NCBI GenBank assembly: GCA_017464525.1
Contig: JAFTZM010000034.1
Coordinates: forward strand, 17,817-81,816
Length of the DNA stretch: 64,000 nucleotides
DNA from: Clostridia bacterium
Lineage (GTDB): Bacteria > Bacillota > Clostridia > Oscillospirales > QAKW01
Direction of reading: 5' to 3'
The position numbers were made by a program, and so were the translations under genes. Below the pieces are notes generated by a model, which saw only the letters and a program-made list of their open reading frames with translations, was not told where the DNA came from and made no database searches. Below, in pieces: positions 46,856-56,728 of the stretch (position 1 is its first letter; each line of letters begins with the position of its first letter).

Positions 46856-48084
46856 CCTCTCACCTGCCCGTTTCCCCGAATAATATACTTATAGGTGGTC
46901 AGTTCCCGCAAGCCCATGGGGCCCCGAGCGTGGAGCTTCTGGGTGGAAATACCCATCTCGCACCCCAAACCGAACTGGCCGCCATCGGTAAACCGTGTAG
47001 ATACATTCACATACACCGCTGCACTATCCACCATGGCGGTGAAGAGGGCGGCGTTTTCCTCCGTTTCGGTGATGATGGCCTCGCTATGGCCGGTGGAATG
47101 GGCAGCAATATGGCCGATGGCCTCCTGCACATCCCTGACCACCCTGACCGCCAGGATATAATCCAAAAATTCCGTATCAAAATCCTGCTCCCCGGCGGGG
47201 GTACCCTGCATAACGGCCTGCGCCGCAGGGTCACAGCGGAACTCCACTTGAGGGAGCTTTGCTTTCAATTTCGGCAAAAACTCCTTTGCAACCGCCTCAT
47301 GCACCAAGCAGACCTCCGCCGCATTGCAGACAGAAGGACGCTGAACCTTCGCATTTTCAATGATATTCAGCGCCTTTTCCTGATCGGCCGTTTCATCCAC
47401 ATAAATATGGCAGATCCCGGTGCCGGTCTGGATCACGGGAACCTTTGCTCCCTCCAGGCAGGCGTTGATCAGCCCGGGGCCGCCACGGGGGATCAGAAGA
47501 TCCACATAGCCCACCGCCTCCATCAGCTCCTTGGCGCTTTGGCGGGTCGTATCCTCGATCAGCTGCACCCCATCGGCAGGCAGGCCCGCATCGGTGAGCC
47601 CCATCCGCAGGGCATCCACAATGGCCTTGGCTGAATTCCAGGCCTCTTTTCCGCTCCGCAGGATACACACATTGCCGCTCTTAAAGGCAAGGGCGGCCGC
47701 ATCGCTGGTCACATTGGGGCGGCTTTCATAAATGATGGCCACCACCCCCATGGGCACGGCCGTCTTTTCGATGATCATGCCATTGGGGCGCTCCACCCGC
47801 TCCAGGATCTCCCCCACCGGGTCGGGCAGCTCCACAACCTCCCGGATGCCTTTAGCCATATCGGCAATCCGCTCGGCAGTCAGCCGGAGGCGGTCCTGCA
47901 TCACCACGGTCATGGTGTGTCCATAGGCAGCAAGATCTGCCTCGTTCGCCGCCAGAATGGCGGGAGTCGCCGCCACCAGGCAGTCTGCCATGGCAAGAAG
48001 GGCCTGATCCTTCTCTTCTGTTTTCAGCACCGCCAGCGCTCGGCGGGCGGCAACGGCTCTTTCTAAGATTTCCTGTGTTGTCAT
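46852..48084 (-). CDS. proA: Glutamate-5-semialdehyde dehydrogenase
   Basis: 410 aa with an aldehyde-dehydrogenase fold and ...VCNAAEV... catalytic Cys region. Confidence 0.95.
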   Translation of the reverse strand: MTTQEILERAVAARRALAVLKTEEKDQALLAMADCLVAATPAILAANEADLAAYGHTMTVVMQDRLRLTAERIADMAKGIREVVELPDPVGEILERVERPNGMIIEKTAVPMGVVAIIYESRPNVTSDAAALAFKSGNVCILRSGKEAWNSAKAIVDALRMGLTDAGLPADGVQLIEDTTRQSAKELMEAVGYVDLLIPRGGPGLINACLEGAKVPVIQTGTGICHIYVDETADQEKALNIIENAKVQRPSVCNAAEVCLVHEAVAKEFLPKLKAKLPQVEFRCDPAAQAVMQGTPAGEQDFDTEFLDYILAVRVVRDVQEAIGHIAAHSTGHSEAIITETEENAALFTAMVDSAAVYVNVSTRFTDGGQFGLGCEMGISTQKLHARGPMGLRELTTYKYIIRGNGQVRG

Positions 48085-48851
48085 TCTTTTTTTCCTTTAA
48101 ATAACGTTCCTACCGATCTACCCTCTAAAATATCATATAGAATGGCGGGATCGGCGCTATTGGCGATAACGGTGGAGATCCCCTTCTCCATGCAAAGCGC
48201 GGCGGCGTGCAGCTTGGTTGCCATACCGCCGGTACCCAAAGCAGAGCCCTTTCCGCCGGCAGCAGCCAGCAGCGCGGGGGTGATCTCCTCCACCACCGGG
48301 ATCAGCTTGGCATCAGGGTTACTGCGGGGGTCGGCGGTATAGAGACCGTCGATATCCGTCAGCAGAATAAGCAGCTCCGCCTCGGCTCCCCGGGCCACAA
48401 TGGCACCTAAGGTATCGTTATCCCCCACCGCGATTTCGGCGGTGGAGACAGTATCGTTTTCGTTGATGATGGGCAACGCCCCCAGCTCCAGCAGACGATG
48501 GAGGGTATTGCGGAAATTTTCATAGCGATCCGCATGGTTCATATCCTCGCCGGTGATGAGGATCTGGGCGACGGTATGATTATATTCGGAAAACAAGCGG
48601 TCGTAGGTATACATCAGCTCGCACTGCCCCACAGCGGCCGCTGCCTGCTTGGTGGGCATATCGGTAGGCCGGGCGCCCAGAGAAAGCTTGCCGACGCCCA
48701 TACCGATGGCACCGGAGGAGACCAGGATCACCTGGTGCCCCGCATTTTTCAAGTCGCTGAGCACCTTGCAGAGGGTCTCCACATGGCGGATATTCAGATT
48801 GCCGGTCTTATGGGTCAGGGTGGAGGTACCCACCTTTACTACTACACGCAT
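48081..48851 (-). CDS. proB: Glutamate 5-kinase (short form without a PUA domain)
   Basis: [13 protein letters not shown]...VSSGAIGMG. The internal ATG at 48851 gives the canonical N-terminus. Confidence 0.93.
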   Translation of the reverse strand: MRVVVKVGTSTLTHKTGNLNIRHVETLCKVLSDLKNAGHQVILVSSGAIGMGVGKLSLGARPTDMPTKQAAAAVGQCELMYTYDRLFSEYNHTVAQILITGEDMNHADRYENFRNTLHRLLELGALPIINENDTVSTAEIAVGDNDTLGAIVARGAEAELLILLTDIDGLYTADPRSNPDAKLIPVVEEITPALLAAAGGKGSALGTGGMATKLHAAALCMEKGISTVIANSADPAILYDILEGRSVGTLFKGKKE

Positions 48852-48923
48852 GGTTCTTTGCCTCACTAAAATATTAATACACAATATTATATAATATAAC
48901 GATGGGATTTTCAATGTTTTTTA

Positions 48924-48956
48924 TAAAAAAAGAAGTCATCGTTGATGACTTCTTTT
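48924..48956 (-). terminator. Terminator at the end of the activase/dehydratase-like operon (overlaps the last codons)
   Basis: AGAAGTCATC-GTT-GATGACTTCT hairpin followed on the minus strand by TTTTTTT. Confidence 0.7.
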
Positions 48957-50201
48957 CTCGGTAGGTACCGCATTGGCCAGCATCAGCTTCAGGCGGTTTT
49001 CCTGGTTGACCTTAGTGGCACCGGGATCGTAATCGATGGCTACGATATTTACATCGGGATTTTTTTCCTTAATTGGCTTCATCATGCCCTTGCCGCAGAT
49101 ATGGTTGGGCAGGCAGCCGAAGGGCTGGGTACAAACGATATTTTTAACGCCGCTATGGGCCAGCTCCAGCATCTCGGCGGTGAGCAGCCAGCCCTCTCCC
49201 ATTTTGGTGCCGTGGTCGATATAGCCCTTGGCCATCTCCACCGTCACCTCAAAGGGCGTGGGGGCATCGAAGGAGCCCTCCTCCTTCATGATGCGGATCA
49301 CATCGTTTTTCTTGCCGCAAAGGAACCGATAGGCGAGCTTCATCACCTGATCCTTCAGGGCGTTACCGCCATAAAGGCGATAGTCCACAATGCTGTTGTA
49401 AAGGCAGTAGAGCAGAAAATCCGCAAGGCCGGGAACCACTGTTTCAGCGCCTTCCCGCACTAGAAACCGCTCCAGATCGTTATTACCCAAGGGGGAATAT
49501 TTCACAAAGATCTCCCCCACCACTCCCACCTTCACAGTGGGACGCATGGTCTTGGGAATGGCGGCAAAATCCTGCAGCATCTGCCGATAGTTTTGCTTGA
49601 CCTTTTTGTAAGAGATCCTCTTTCCCCGGCCCAGTTCAGCGGCAAGCCTTGCGCACCAGCGCTCTGCCAATGCCTCTGCCTCTCCGGGGGTATTTTCATA
49701 GGGGCGGGTCTGGTTGACCAAGCTCATCAGCAGATCTCCATAAAAGATTGCATACATCATGCCATGGATCTTGGGGAGATCCAGCCGAAACCCCGGGTGC
49801 TTTTCGATTCCTGCAAAGCTCATGGAAATGACCGGTACATATTCCATCCCCGCCTTAGCCAAGGCCTTACGGATCAGGGAGATATAATTGGAAGCCCGGC
49901 AACCGCCGCCGGTCTGGAACATCATCAGGGCGGTCTTACGGGGATCATATTTCCCGCTCTGCAAAGCGTCGATAAACTGCCCGATCACCAGCAGGGCTGG
50001 GTAGCAGGTATCGTTATGAACGTATTTCAGACCGTTTTCCACGATGGCAGGGCCGCTGGTCTCCAGCAGCTCTGCCTGGTATCCATAGGATTCCAGCACA
50101 CCGATGATCAACTTAAAATGCATCGGCAGCATGGTAGGGACTAGGATGGTATAATCCTTCTTCATCTCCTTGGTGAAGGGAACATAATAATGGTTTTTCA
50201 T
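48936..50201 (-). CDS. 2-hydroxyacyl-CoA-dehydratase-like / activase-associated protein (function unknown)
   Basis: 421 aa. Its start overlaps the stop of the upstream 974-aa gene. The HNDTCYPALLVIGQ...QTGGGCRASNY pattern is typical of the family that accompanies 'CoA-substrate-specific enzyme activases'. Confidence 0.8.
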   Translation of the reverse strand: MKNHYYVPFTKEMKKDYTILVPTMLPMHFKLIIGVLESYGYQAELLETSGPAIVENGLKYVHNDTCYPALLVIGQFIDALQSGKYDPRKTALMMFQTGGGCRASNYISLIRKALAKAGMEYVPVISMSFAGIEKHPGFRLDLPKIHGMMYAIFYGDLLMSLVNQTRPYENTPGEAEALAERWCARLAAELGRGKRISYKKVKQNYRQMLQDFAAIPKTMRPTVKVGVVGEIFVKYSPLGNNDLERFLVREGAETVVPGLADFLLYCLYNSIVDYRLYGGNALKDQVMKLAYRFLCGKKNDVIRIMKEEGSFDAPTPFEVTVEMAKGYIDHGTKMGEGWLLTAEMLELAHSGVKNIVCTQPFGCLPNHICGKGMMKPIKEKNPDVNIVAIDYDPGATKVNQENRLKLMLANAVPTEKRSHQR

Positions 50202-53122
50202 TCTTTTTCCTCCAATGCGCCTAAGAGGCTCCGCAGGCGGATCCGCACCGCCCCCAGATTGGTGATCTCATCGATCTTGATCTGGGTATAATAACGGCCG
50301 GCTTCCTCTAAAATGGAGCGCACCTCATCGGTAGTAATGGCATCCACGCCGCAGCCGAAGGAAACCAGCTGCACCAGCTCGGTGTCCGGATGCTCCGCCG
50401 CATAGCGGGCAGCCCGGTAGAGGCGGGCGTGATAGGTCCATTGATTCAGCACCTTTACCTTCTGCGGCTTTGCCAGATCAAATACGCTATCCTCGCTGAC
50501 CACCACAAATCCCAAGGAGGTTGCCAGTTTATCGATCCCATGGCCGATCTCTGCATCGATATGATAGGGGCGGCCGGCCAGGATCATGATCCGCTTGCCC
50601 CGCTCCCGGGCAAAGGCCAGGGCACGGCGGCCCTCCTCCTTCACCGCATCCATATAAGTCTTATAGGCGGCAAGTCCGGCCTTCACCGCAGAAGCCACCT
50701 GCTTTTTGGTAAAGCCGCCGAACTGCTCATTGAGCAGCTTCAGCAGGACTTCAGCCATATTTTTCGGCTTATTGATATCCATATAGGGGTAAAGGAATTT
50801 GGTTTTGGCCAGATCCTCCATATTTCCCTGCAAAAGTTCGGAATAGTAGGCCACTACCGGGCAGTTAAAATGGTTATCGGTATCGCCTTCGTCCCGGTTG
50901 AAGGTCAGGCAGGGATAGAAGATGGCATCTACCCCCTCCTTGATCAGCAGCTGCACATGGCCGTGCATGATCTTGGCCGGGTAGCAGGCGGTATCGGAAG
51001 GGATGGAGAACTGCCCCTTCTCATAGGTACGCCGGGTGGACATCCCGGAAAGCCGCACCTTAAAACCTAAAGCACGGAAGATGCCATGCCAGAGGGGCAG
51101 CAGCTCATACATTCCCAGCGCCAGCGGCAGGCCGACGGTGCGCTCCCCCTCCCCTTCGGGCAGGCTCATTAAGTAATCTCTTTTAAAGGCATAAAGATTG
51201 GGCAGGCTTTCCTTCTGCTCTCCCAGCCCCAAGCCCTTTTCACATTGATTGCCGGAGATAAAGCGGCGGCCGTCCCCAAAGGAATTCACCGTCAGGTGGC
51301 ATTGATTGGTACAGCCCTTGCAGAGGGCGGATTTTGCGGTATGAGCAAAGCGCTGCAGGCTCTCCGGACTGATCAGACTGCTCTTGCGGCATTTCTTGGC
51401 ATAAAGGGCTGCACCGTAGGCGCCCATCAGCCCGGCGATGGCGGGGCGGATGACCTCGCGGCCCAGCTCCCGCTCAAAGGCACGGAGCACCGCATCATTA
51501 TAGAAGGTGCCCCCCTGCACCACGATATGCTGACCAAGCTCATCGGCGCTGCCGGCACGAATCACCTTATAAATGGCATTTTTCACCACGCTGATGGAAA
51601 GACCGGCGGAAATATCCTCTACGGTCGCGCCGTCCTTCTGGGACTGCTTGACCGAAGAATTCATAAAGACGGTACAGCGGCTGCCCAGATTGACCGGTGC
51701 CTTGCCCAAAAGCCCCTGCCGGGCAAAGGCCTCGATGGAATAGCCCATGGCCTTGGCGAAGGTCTCCAAAAAGGAGCCGCAGCCGGAGGAGCAAGCTTCA
51801 TTGAGCATGATGCTATCGATGGCGCCGTTCCGGATCTTAAAGCATTTGATATCCTGACCGCCGATATCCAGAATAAAGTCTACATCCGGGCGGAAGTATT
51901 TAGCGGCGGTATAGTGGGCGATGGTCTCTACCAGACCGTAGTCCACCGAAAAGGCATTTTTGATCAGTTCCTCGCCGTAGCCGGTAACGGCGCTGCCGGC
52001 GATCTGGATCCGGCTGCCGCAGAGCTCATAAAGCCGGAGCAACTGCTCCCGAACGATCTCCACCGGGTTGCCCTGATTGGAGGCGTAGTAGGAATAAAGA
52101 ATTTCGTTCTCTTCGGAAAGGAGCGTCATTTTGGTGGTGGTGGAGCCGCAATCGATGCCCAGATAGGCCTTTCCTGCATAAGAAGCGATCTCCTTATGGG
52201 GCACATCCGCTTTGCGGTGACGCTCTGCAAACTGCTGATATTCTTCGTCGTTTTCAAAAAGAGCCTGCAGACGGTCCTGCAGAACCACCTGCCCCTGAGA
52301 GGCCTTGATCCGCTCTAAAATATCGTCCAGCAGAAAACGCTCCTGCTGCTGTTCCGCATACATGGAGGCGCCGTAGGCCACCGCAAAACGGCCGTATTCG
52401 GGGAAAACAGCATTTTCCTCGCTGAGCTTCAGGGTCTCGGCAAAGCGGCGGCGCAGACCCTTACAGTAATAAAGGGGGCCGCCCAAAAAGAGCACCTTGC
52501 CCTTGATCCGCTTGCCTTGCGCCAGCCCTGCAATGGTCTGATTGACCACCGCCTGGAAGATACTGGCCGCCACATCCTCTTTTCGGGCGCCCTGATTCAG
52601 CAGGGGCTGAATATCGGTCTTGGCAAAAACGCCGCAGCGAGAGGCAATGGGATAAAGGCGAGTACAGCCCTCGGAGAGGGCATCCAGCTCATCCACCGTT
52701 ACATTCAAAAGGGTGGCCATCTGATCGATAAAGGCGCCGGTACCGCCGGCGCAGCTGCCGTTCATCCGCTCATCCATGCCGCCGTCGAAGAAGATGATCT
52801 TGGCATCCTCGCCCCCCAGCTCGATGACGCAGGAGGTATCCGGTTCCAAATGCTTCACCACCTCACCGGTGGCAAACACCTCCTGAATAAAGGGAGCGCC
52901 GATGGCCTCGGCCAACCCAAGACCCGCCGAGCCGGAGATGGCAAAGGCCAGCTTTTTTCCCTCTACCAAGGGGCGGATCCGCTCTAAAAGCTCTGCAGTT
53001 TTTTCCCGCACCTGAGAAAAATGGCGCTCATAGCAATCAAAAAGAACCTCTTTTTCATTGCGCAGCACCACCTTGGCAGTGGTAGAGCCGATATCGATTC
53101 CTAAATATAATACCTCGGACAT
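50198..53122 (-). CDS. Double BcrAD/BadFG/HgdC-type ATPase ('CoA-substrate-specific enzyme activase') fused to a dehydratase-like C-terminal domain
   Basis: 974 aa. Two ASKHA ATPase modules (LGIDIGSTTAKVV; LGIDCGSTTTKMT), each with cluster-ligand Cys motifs (NGSCAGGTGAF; NEACSSGCGSF). Cys-rich CKGCTNQCH linker and a long C-terminal domain. Confidence 0.88.
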   Translation of the reverse strand: MSEVLYLGIDIGSTTAKVVLRNEKEVLFDCYERHFSQVREKTAELLERIRPLVEGKKLAFAISGSAGLGLAEAIGAPFIQEVFATGEVVKHLEPDTSCVIELGGEDAKIIFFDGGMDERMNGSCAGGTGAFIDQMATLLNVTVDELDALSEGCTRLYPIASRCGVFAKTDIQPLLNQGARKEDVAASIFQAVVNQTIAGLAQGKRIKGKVLFLGGPLYYCKGLRRRFAETLKLSEENAVFPEYGRFAVAYGASMYAEQQQERFLLDDILERIKASQGQVVLQDRLQALFENDEEYQQFAERHRKADVPHKEIASYAGKAYLGIDCGSTTTKMTLLSEENEILYSYYASNQGNPVEIVREQLLRLYELCGSRIQIAGSAVTGYGEELIKNAFSVDYGLVETIAHYTAAKYFRPDVDFILDIGGQDIKCFKIRNGAIDSIMLNEACSSGCGSFLETFAKAMGYSIEAFARQGLLGKAPVNLGSRCTVFMNSSVKQSQKDGATVEDISAGLSISVVKNAIYKVIRAGSADELGQHIVVQGGTFYNDAVLRAFERELGREVIRPAIAGLMGAYGAALYAKKCRKSSLISPESLQRFAHTAKSALCKGCTNQCHLTVNSFGDGRRFISGNQCEKGLGLGEQKESLPNLYAFKRDYLMSLPEGEGERTVGLPLALGMYELLPLWHGIFRALGFKVRLSGMSTRRTYEKGQFSIPSDTACYPAKIMHGHVQLLIKEGVDAIFYPCLTFNRDEGDTDNHFNCPVVAYYSELLQGNMEDLAKTKFLYPYMDINKPKNMAEVLLKLLNEQFGGFTKKQVASAVKAGLAAYKTYMDAVKEEGRRALAFARERGKRIMILAGRPYHIDAEIGHGIDKLATSLGFVVVSEDSVFDLAKPQKVKVLNQWTYHARLYRAARYAAEHPDTELVQLVSFGCGVDAITTDEVRSILEEAGRYYTQIKIDEITNLGAVRIRLRSLLGALEEKE

Positions 53123-53319
53123 TATTTCCTCCGCAAAAATTAGTTTAATAATTAATTATTTTAATAGAACCTACAATATTATATCACTTAATTTGTGAAC
53201 ATGAAATTAAATTTTTCTCATTTTTCGACAAAGTGAATATTTTTCTAATTTTATCTATAATATCTCTATTCTTTTTCAAAAAAGTAGGGTATAATGTTCG
53301 CAAAAAGGAGGATGATTCC

Positions 53320-55815
53320 ATGAAATATACCGGTGAAAGCTTAAAAGAAATCTCCTTTCCCTTGGGTGGCATCGGCACCGGCAGCATTGGGCTGGCGGGG
53401 AACGGGCGGCTCATCGACTGGGAGATCTTCAACCGCCCGGACAAGGGCAGCGATAACGGCTATACCCACATTGCCGTAAAGGTGAACGATCAGATCCGCA
53501 TTCTGCAATCGGATGAGCAGAAGGATCTAATGGGGCAGTATAACGGGCGCAGAGACCGGGAGATCTATGCCGGATACGGCTTTGGCCCCCACCAAAAGAC
53601 CATGAGCGGTCTTCCCCATTTTAGAAACTGTGTATTCAACGGGGAATTCCCCATTGCATCCCTGGATTTTGAAGAGGAAGGCTTTCCCGGCAAGGTGACC
53701 CTTACCGCCTTTAACCCCTTCATTCCGCTGGATGCGGAGAATTCCAGCATCCCCGCCGCTTTTTTTGAGATCGCCTACACCAACACCGGCAAGGAAGCAG
53801 TCTCCTTTGAGACGGCCTTTACCCTCTGCAACCCCTTTGGGAGCACCCTTAACAAGCGGAACGGCAATACGGTGACCCTCTTTCATGCAGGCAAAGCCAA
53901 AGAGGATCTGGATTACGGAGATCTTTCCCTCACCGCAGCTGAGCCCAAGGCGGTGCAGACCTACTGGTACCGGGGGCGGTGGCAGGATGGGCTGACCACC
54001 TATTGGAACCAGTTCAGCGAAGGGGCCATGCCCGATCGGAACTATGAGGAGCCGGCTTCGGGGGATCATTGCACCATGGTGCAGGGAAACACCGTAGTTC
54101 CCGGAGAGACCAAGACCTTCCGCTTTGTGGTCTCCTGGAACGTACCCAACAATTATAACTACTGGAAGCTCCGCAACGAGCCCTTCGGAGAGCCTTGGAA
54201 AAACTACTACGCCACCCGGTTTGAGGATTCCGCTGCCAGCGGCCGGTACGCCTTGGAAAATTGGGATGCGCTTTATGAAAAAACGTTCGAATTCAAGAAT
54301 GAACTGTTTGCCTCCACGCTGGATGAGGCGGTATTGGATGCAGCATCCTCTACCCTTTCGGTGCTGAAATCTCCCACCGTTTACCGCTTGGAGGATGGCA
54401 GCTTTTATGGCTTTGAGGGCAACCATGAGCATTTCGGTTCCTGCGAGGGCACCTGCCAGCACGTATGGAACTATGCCTATGCCCTTTGCTTCCTCTTCCC
54501 GGAGCTGGAGCGCTCCATCCGGGATCTGGAATTTGATCACGCCACCGATGAAAACGGTCAGACCGCCTTCCGGCTGACTCTACCGCTGACCGAGCCCCAG
54601 CAATACCGCTTTGCCTGCGTGGACGGGCAGATGGGCTGCATCATCAAGACCTACCGGGAATGGAAGATCTCCGGCGATACGGAATGGCTGAAGCGCCATT
54701 GGCCCACCGTTAAAAAGGCGCTGGCCTACGCCTGGAGCCCCGAAAATGCTCACGCGTGGGATCTGAATAGGGACGGTATTCTGGAAGGCCGCCAGCACCA
54801 TACGCTGGACATGGAGCTTTACGGCCCGTCCTCCTGGTTAGAGGGCTTTTACATGGCCGCCCTGAAGGCCGCCGCCGAGATGGCGGAATTCTTGGGAGAG
54901 GATCCCGTGGAATACTTAGAACTATACGAAAAAGCCCGGAAATATACCAACACCGAGCTCTTCAACGGTGAATATTTCTATCATAAGACCGACCTGAATG
55001 ACCGCTCCATTGTGGATCGCTTCAACAAAGCGGCAGACTATTGGAACGAGGAGACCGGCGAGATCAAATATCAGATCGGCGAAGGCAGCAGCATCGACCA
55101 GCTGACCGGTCAATGGCACGCGGATCTCTGCGGTTTGGGCGAGCTTTTTGAGCCTGAATTACAAAAAATTGCGGTCAAAAATATGTTCAAGTACAACTTC
55201 AAGCCCTCCATGCGGAATTGGGTCAACCTCTGGCGCAACTATGCCCTTAACGATGACGCGGGGGCGGTAATGTGTGATTACCCGGAGGGGCGGTACCAGC
55301 CCAAGATCCCCATCACCTACTCCAGCGAGACCATGCACGGCTTTGAATATATGTTCGCCGGGCTCCTGGTCAGCGAGGGGATGCAGGAGGAGGCCTTAAA
55401 GGTGGTCAAGGGCGTGCGGGACCGCTACCAAGGCTTCAACCGCAACCCCTGGAATGAGATGGAATGCGGAAGCAACTACGCCCGCAGTATGGCCGCCTTT
55501 GCACTGTTGCCCCTTTACAGCGGCTTTACCTTTGATCTGCCCCATGAGACCATCGGCTTTGACCCCAAGCTCCAAGGGGACTTCAGCTGCCTCTTCAGCC
55601 TGGGAACCGGGTGGGGTAATCTTTGGAAAAAGGAACATTCTGCCGGTGTAAATTTACACCAAGGTAGTCTGACCCTCTCCCAATTAAAAGTTCCCTTTGC
55701 CAAAGCACCCAAGGCGCTGACCGTGGATGGAGCCTCCATTCCCTTCACCGCCGAAAACGGGGTACTTTCCTTTGAAAAAACAACGATAAAAGAATCCATT
55801 GAGGTAGTATTTTGA
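53320..55815 (+). CDS. GH116-family glycosidase (GBA2-like beta-glucosidase family)
   Basis: 831 aa with an AAGGAGG RBS. N-terminal ISFPLGGIGTGSIGLAGNGRLIDWEIFNRP and a C-terminal (alpha/alpha)6 catalytic region. No signal peptide. Confidence 0.88.
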   Translation: MKYTGESLKEISFPLGGIGTGSIGLAGNGRLIDWEIFNRPDKGSDNGYTHIAVKVNDQIRILQSDEQKDLMGQYNGRRDREIYAGYGFGPHQKTMSGLPHFRNCVFNGEFPIASLDFEEEGFPGKVTLTAFNPFIPLDAENSSIPAAFFEIAYTNTGKEAVSFETAFTLCNPFGSTLNKRNGNTVTLFHAGKAKEDLDYGDLSLTAAEPKAVQTYWYRGRWQDGLTTYWNQFSEGAMPDRNYEEPASGDHCTMVQGNTVVPGETKTFRFVVSWNVPNNYNYWKLRNEPFGEPWKNYYATRFEDSAASGRYALENWDALYEKTFEFKNELFASTLDEAVLDAASSTLSVLKSPTVYRLEDGSFYGFEGNHEHFGSCEGTCQHVWNYAYALCFLFPELERSIRDLEFDHATDENGQTAFRLTLPLTEPQQYRFACVDGQMGCIIKTYREWKISGDTEWLKRHWPTVKKALAYAWSPENAHAWDLNRDGILEGRQHHTLDMELYGPSSWLEGFYMAALKAAAEMAEFLGEDPVEYLELYEKARKYTNTELFNGEYFYHKTDLNDRSIVDRFNKAADYWNEETGEIKYQIGEGSSIDQLTGQWHADLCGLGELFEPELQKIAVKNMFKYNFKPSMRNWVNLWRNYALNDDAGAVMCDYPEGRYQPKIPITYSSETMHGFEYMFAGLLVSEGMQEEALKVVKGVRDRYQGFNRNPWNEMECGSNYARSMAAFALLPLYSGFTFDLPHETIGFDPKLQGDFSCLFSLGTGWGNLWKKEHSAGVNLHQGSLTLSQLKVPFAKAPKALTVDGASIPFTAENGVLSFEKTTIKESIEVVF

Positions 55816-56693
55816 TGAAATTCGGAACCTATACCTTCAACTATGAGGATCTGCCCTTATTGGATCGCCTTGAGAGGATCCGGGGAGTAGGGTTTGATTT
55901 TGTGGCGTTGGACCGTACCGAGCTGGAAGAAGGGATCCCCCTTTGCGAAAAATTGGGGATCCCTGTGGAAAATGTCCACTTAAACAGCCGGGGCACCAGC
56001 AAAATGTGGCTGGAGGACGACGAGGGTATCACTGAGCGCTACTGCGACCAGATCGCCTATTGCGCCAACCACGGCGTTCTCACCGGGGTTGCCCATGTAA
56101 CCTACGGAAAAGAGATCGCGCCGCCCAGCGAGATGGGGCTGCGGCGGTTCGAACGGATGGCAGAATGTGCCGAAAAGCACCGCTTTACCCTATGTATCGA
56201 AAACACCCGTGCTTCGGAGCACCTGGCCTATGTGCTGGATCACATCAAAAGCCCCTATGTGCGCTATTGCTACGATAGCGGCCATGAAATGGGGATGGCC
56301 TACGGCACCCCGGAATTCGGCACCTACTTAAAACGCTACGGGGATCGCCTCGGCGCCCTCCATCTGCACGACTCCATCGCCGGCTTCGATCTGCACGTTG
56401 CCCCCTTCGACGGGGCACTGGATTGGGAGCGGGTAGCGGCTGAGCTTCGGCAGACTGCCTATGCTCAAGAAAAGCTTTGTGTGGAGCCGGGCGGCAGGAT
56501 CCACGCCAAAAAAGAGGGCAAGACCGCCGGGGAGCTCCGGGCAACCTATGCCGCCATGGCCATTGCCACCGATGAAAGTCTGGCCCGGTTTTACGACGGT
56601 TATTATACCGTTTATGAATCGCTGGATCTAGAGCAGATTTTAGACCGTTACCTGCAAGGGTTGAAAAAACTGGGAAAAATGATCCAAAAATAA
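55815..56693 (+). CDS. Xylose-isomerase-like TIM-barrel protein (sugar phosphate isomerase/epimerase family)
   Basis: 292 aa. The ATG shares a base with the GH116 stop (TGATG). ...CIENT...YDSGHE...LHLHD... metal-ligand pattern. Confidence 0.82.
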   Translation: MKFGTYTFNYEDLPLLDRLERIRGVGFDFVALDRTELEEGIPLCEKLGIPVENVHLNSRGTSKMWLEDDEGITERYCDQIAYCANHGVLTGVAHVTYGKEIAPPSEMGLRRFERMAECAEKHRFTLCIENTRASEHLAYVLDHIKSPYVRYCYDSGHEMGMAYGTPEFGTYLKRYGDRLGALHLHDSIAGFDLHVAPFDGALDWERVAAELRQTAYAQEKLCVEPGGRIHAKKEGKTAGELRATYAAMAIATDESLARFYDGYYTVYESLDLEQILDRYLQGLKKLGKMIQK

Positions 56694-56694
56694 G

Positions 56695-56726
56695 CAAAAA
56701 AACGGAGCAAAAAGCTCCGTTTTTTG
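56695..56726. terminator. Bidirectional terminator
   Basis: AAAAAA-AACGGAGC-AAAAA-GCTCCGTT-TTTT. Confidence 0.85.
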
Positions 56727-56728
56727 CG

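Noticed and set aside
48852-48935. T-box or riboswitch leader upstream of proB. The regions upstream of glyA and the aminotransferase were also checked.
   Set aside because: The region is only ~80 nt and is largely occupied by the terminator hairpin of the upstream operon. There is no specifier-loop or T-box sequence, and the other junctions are overlaps.
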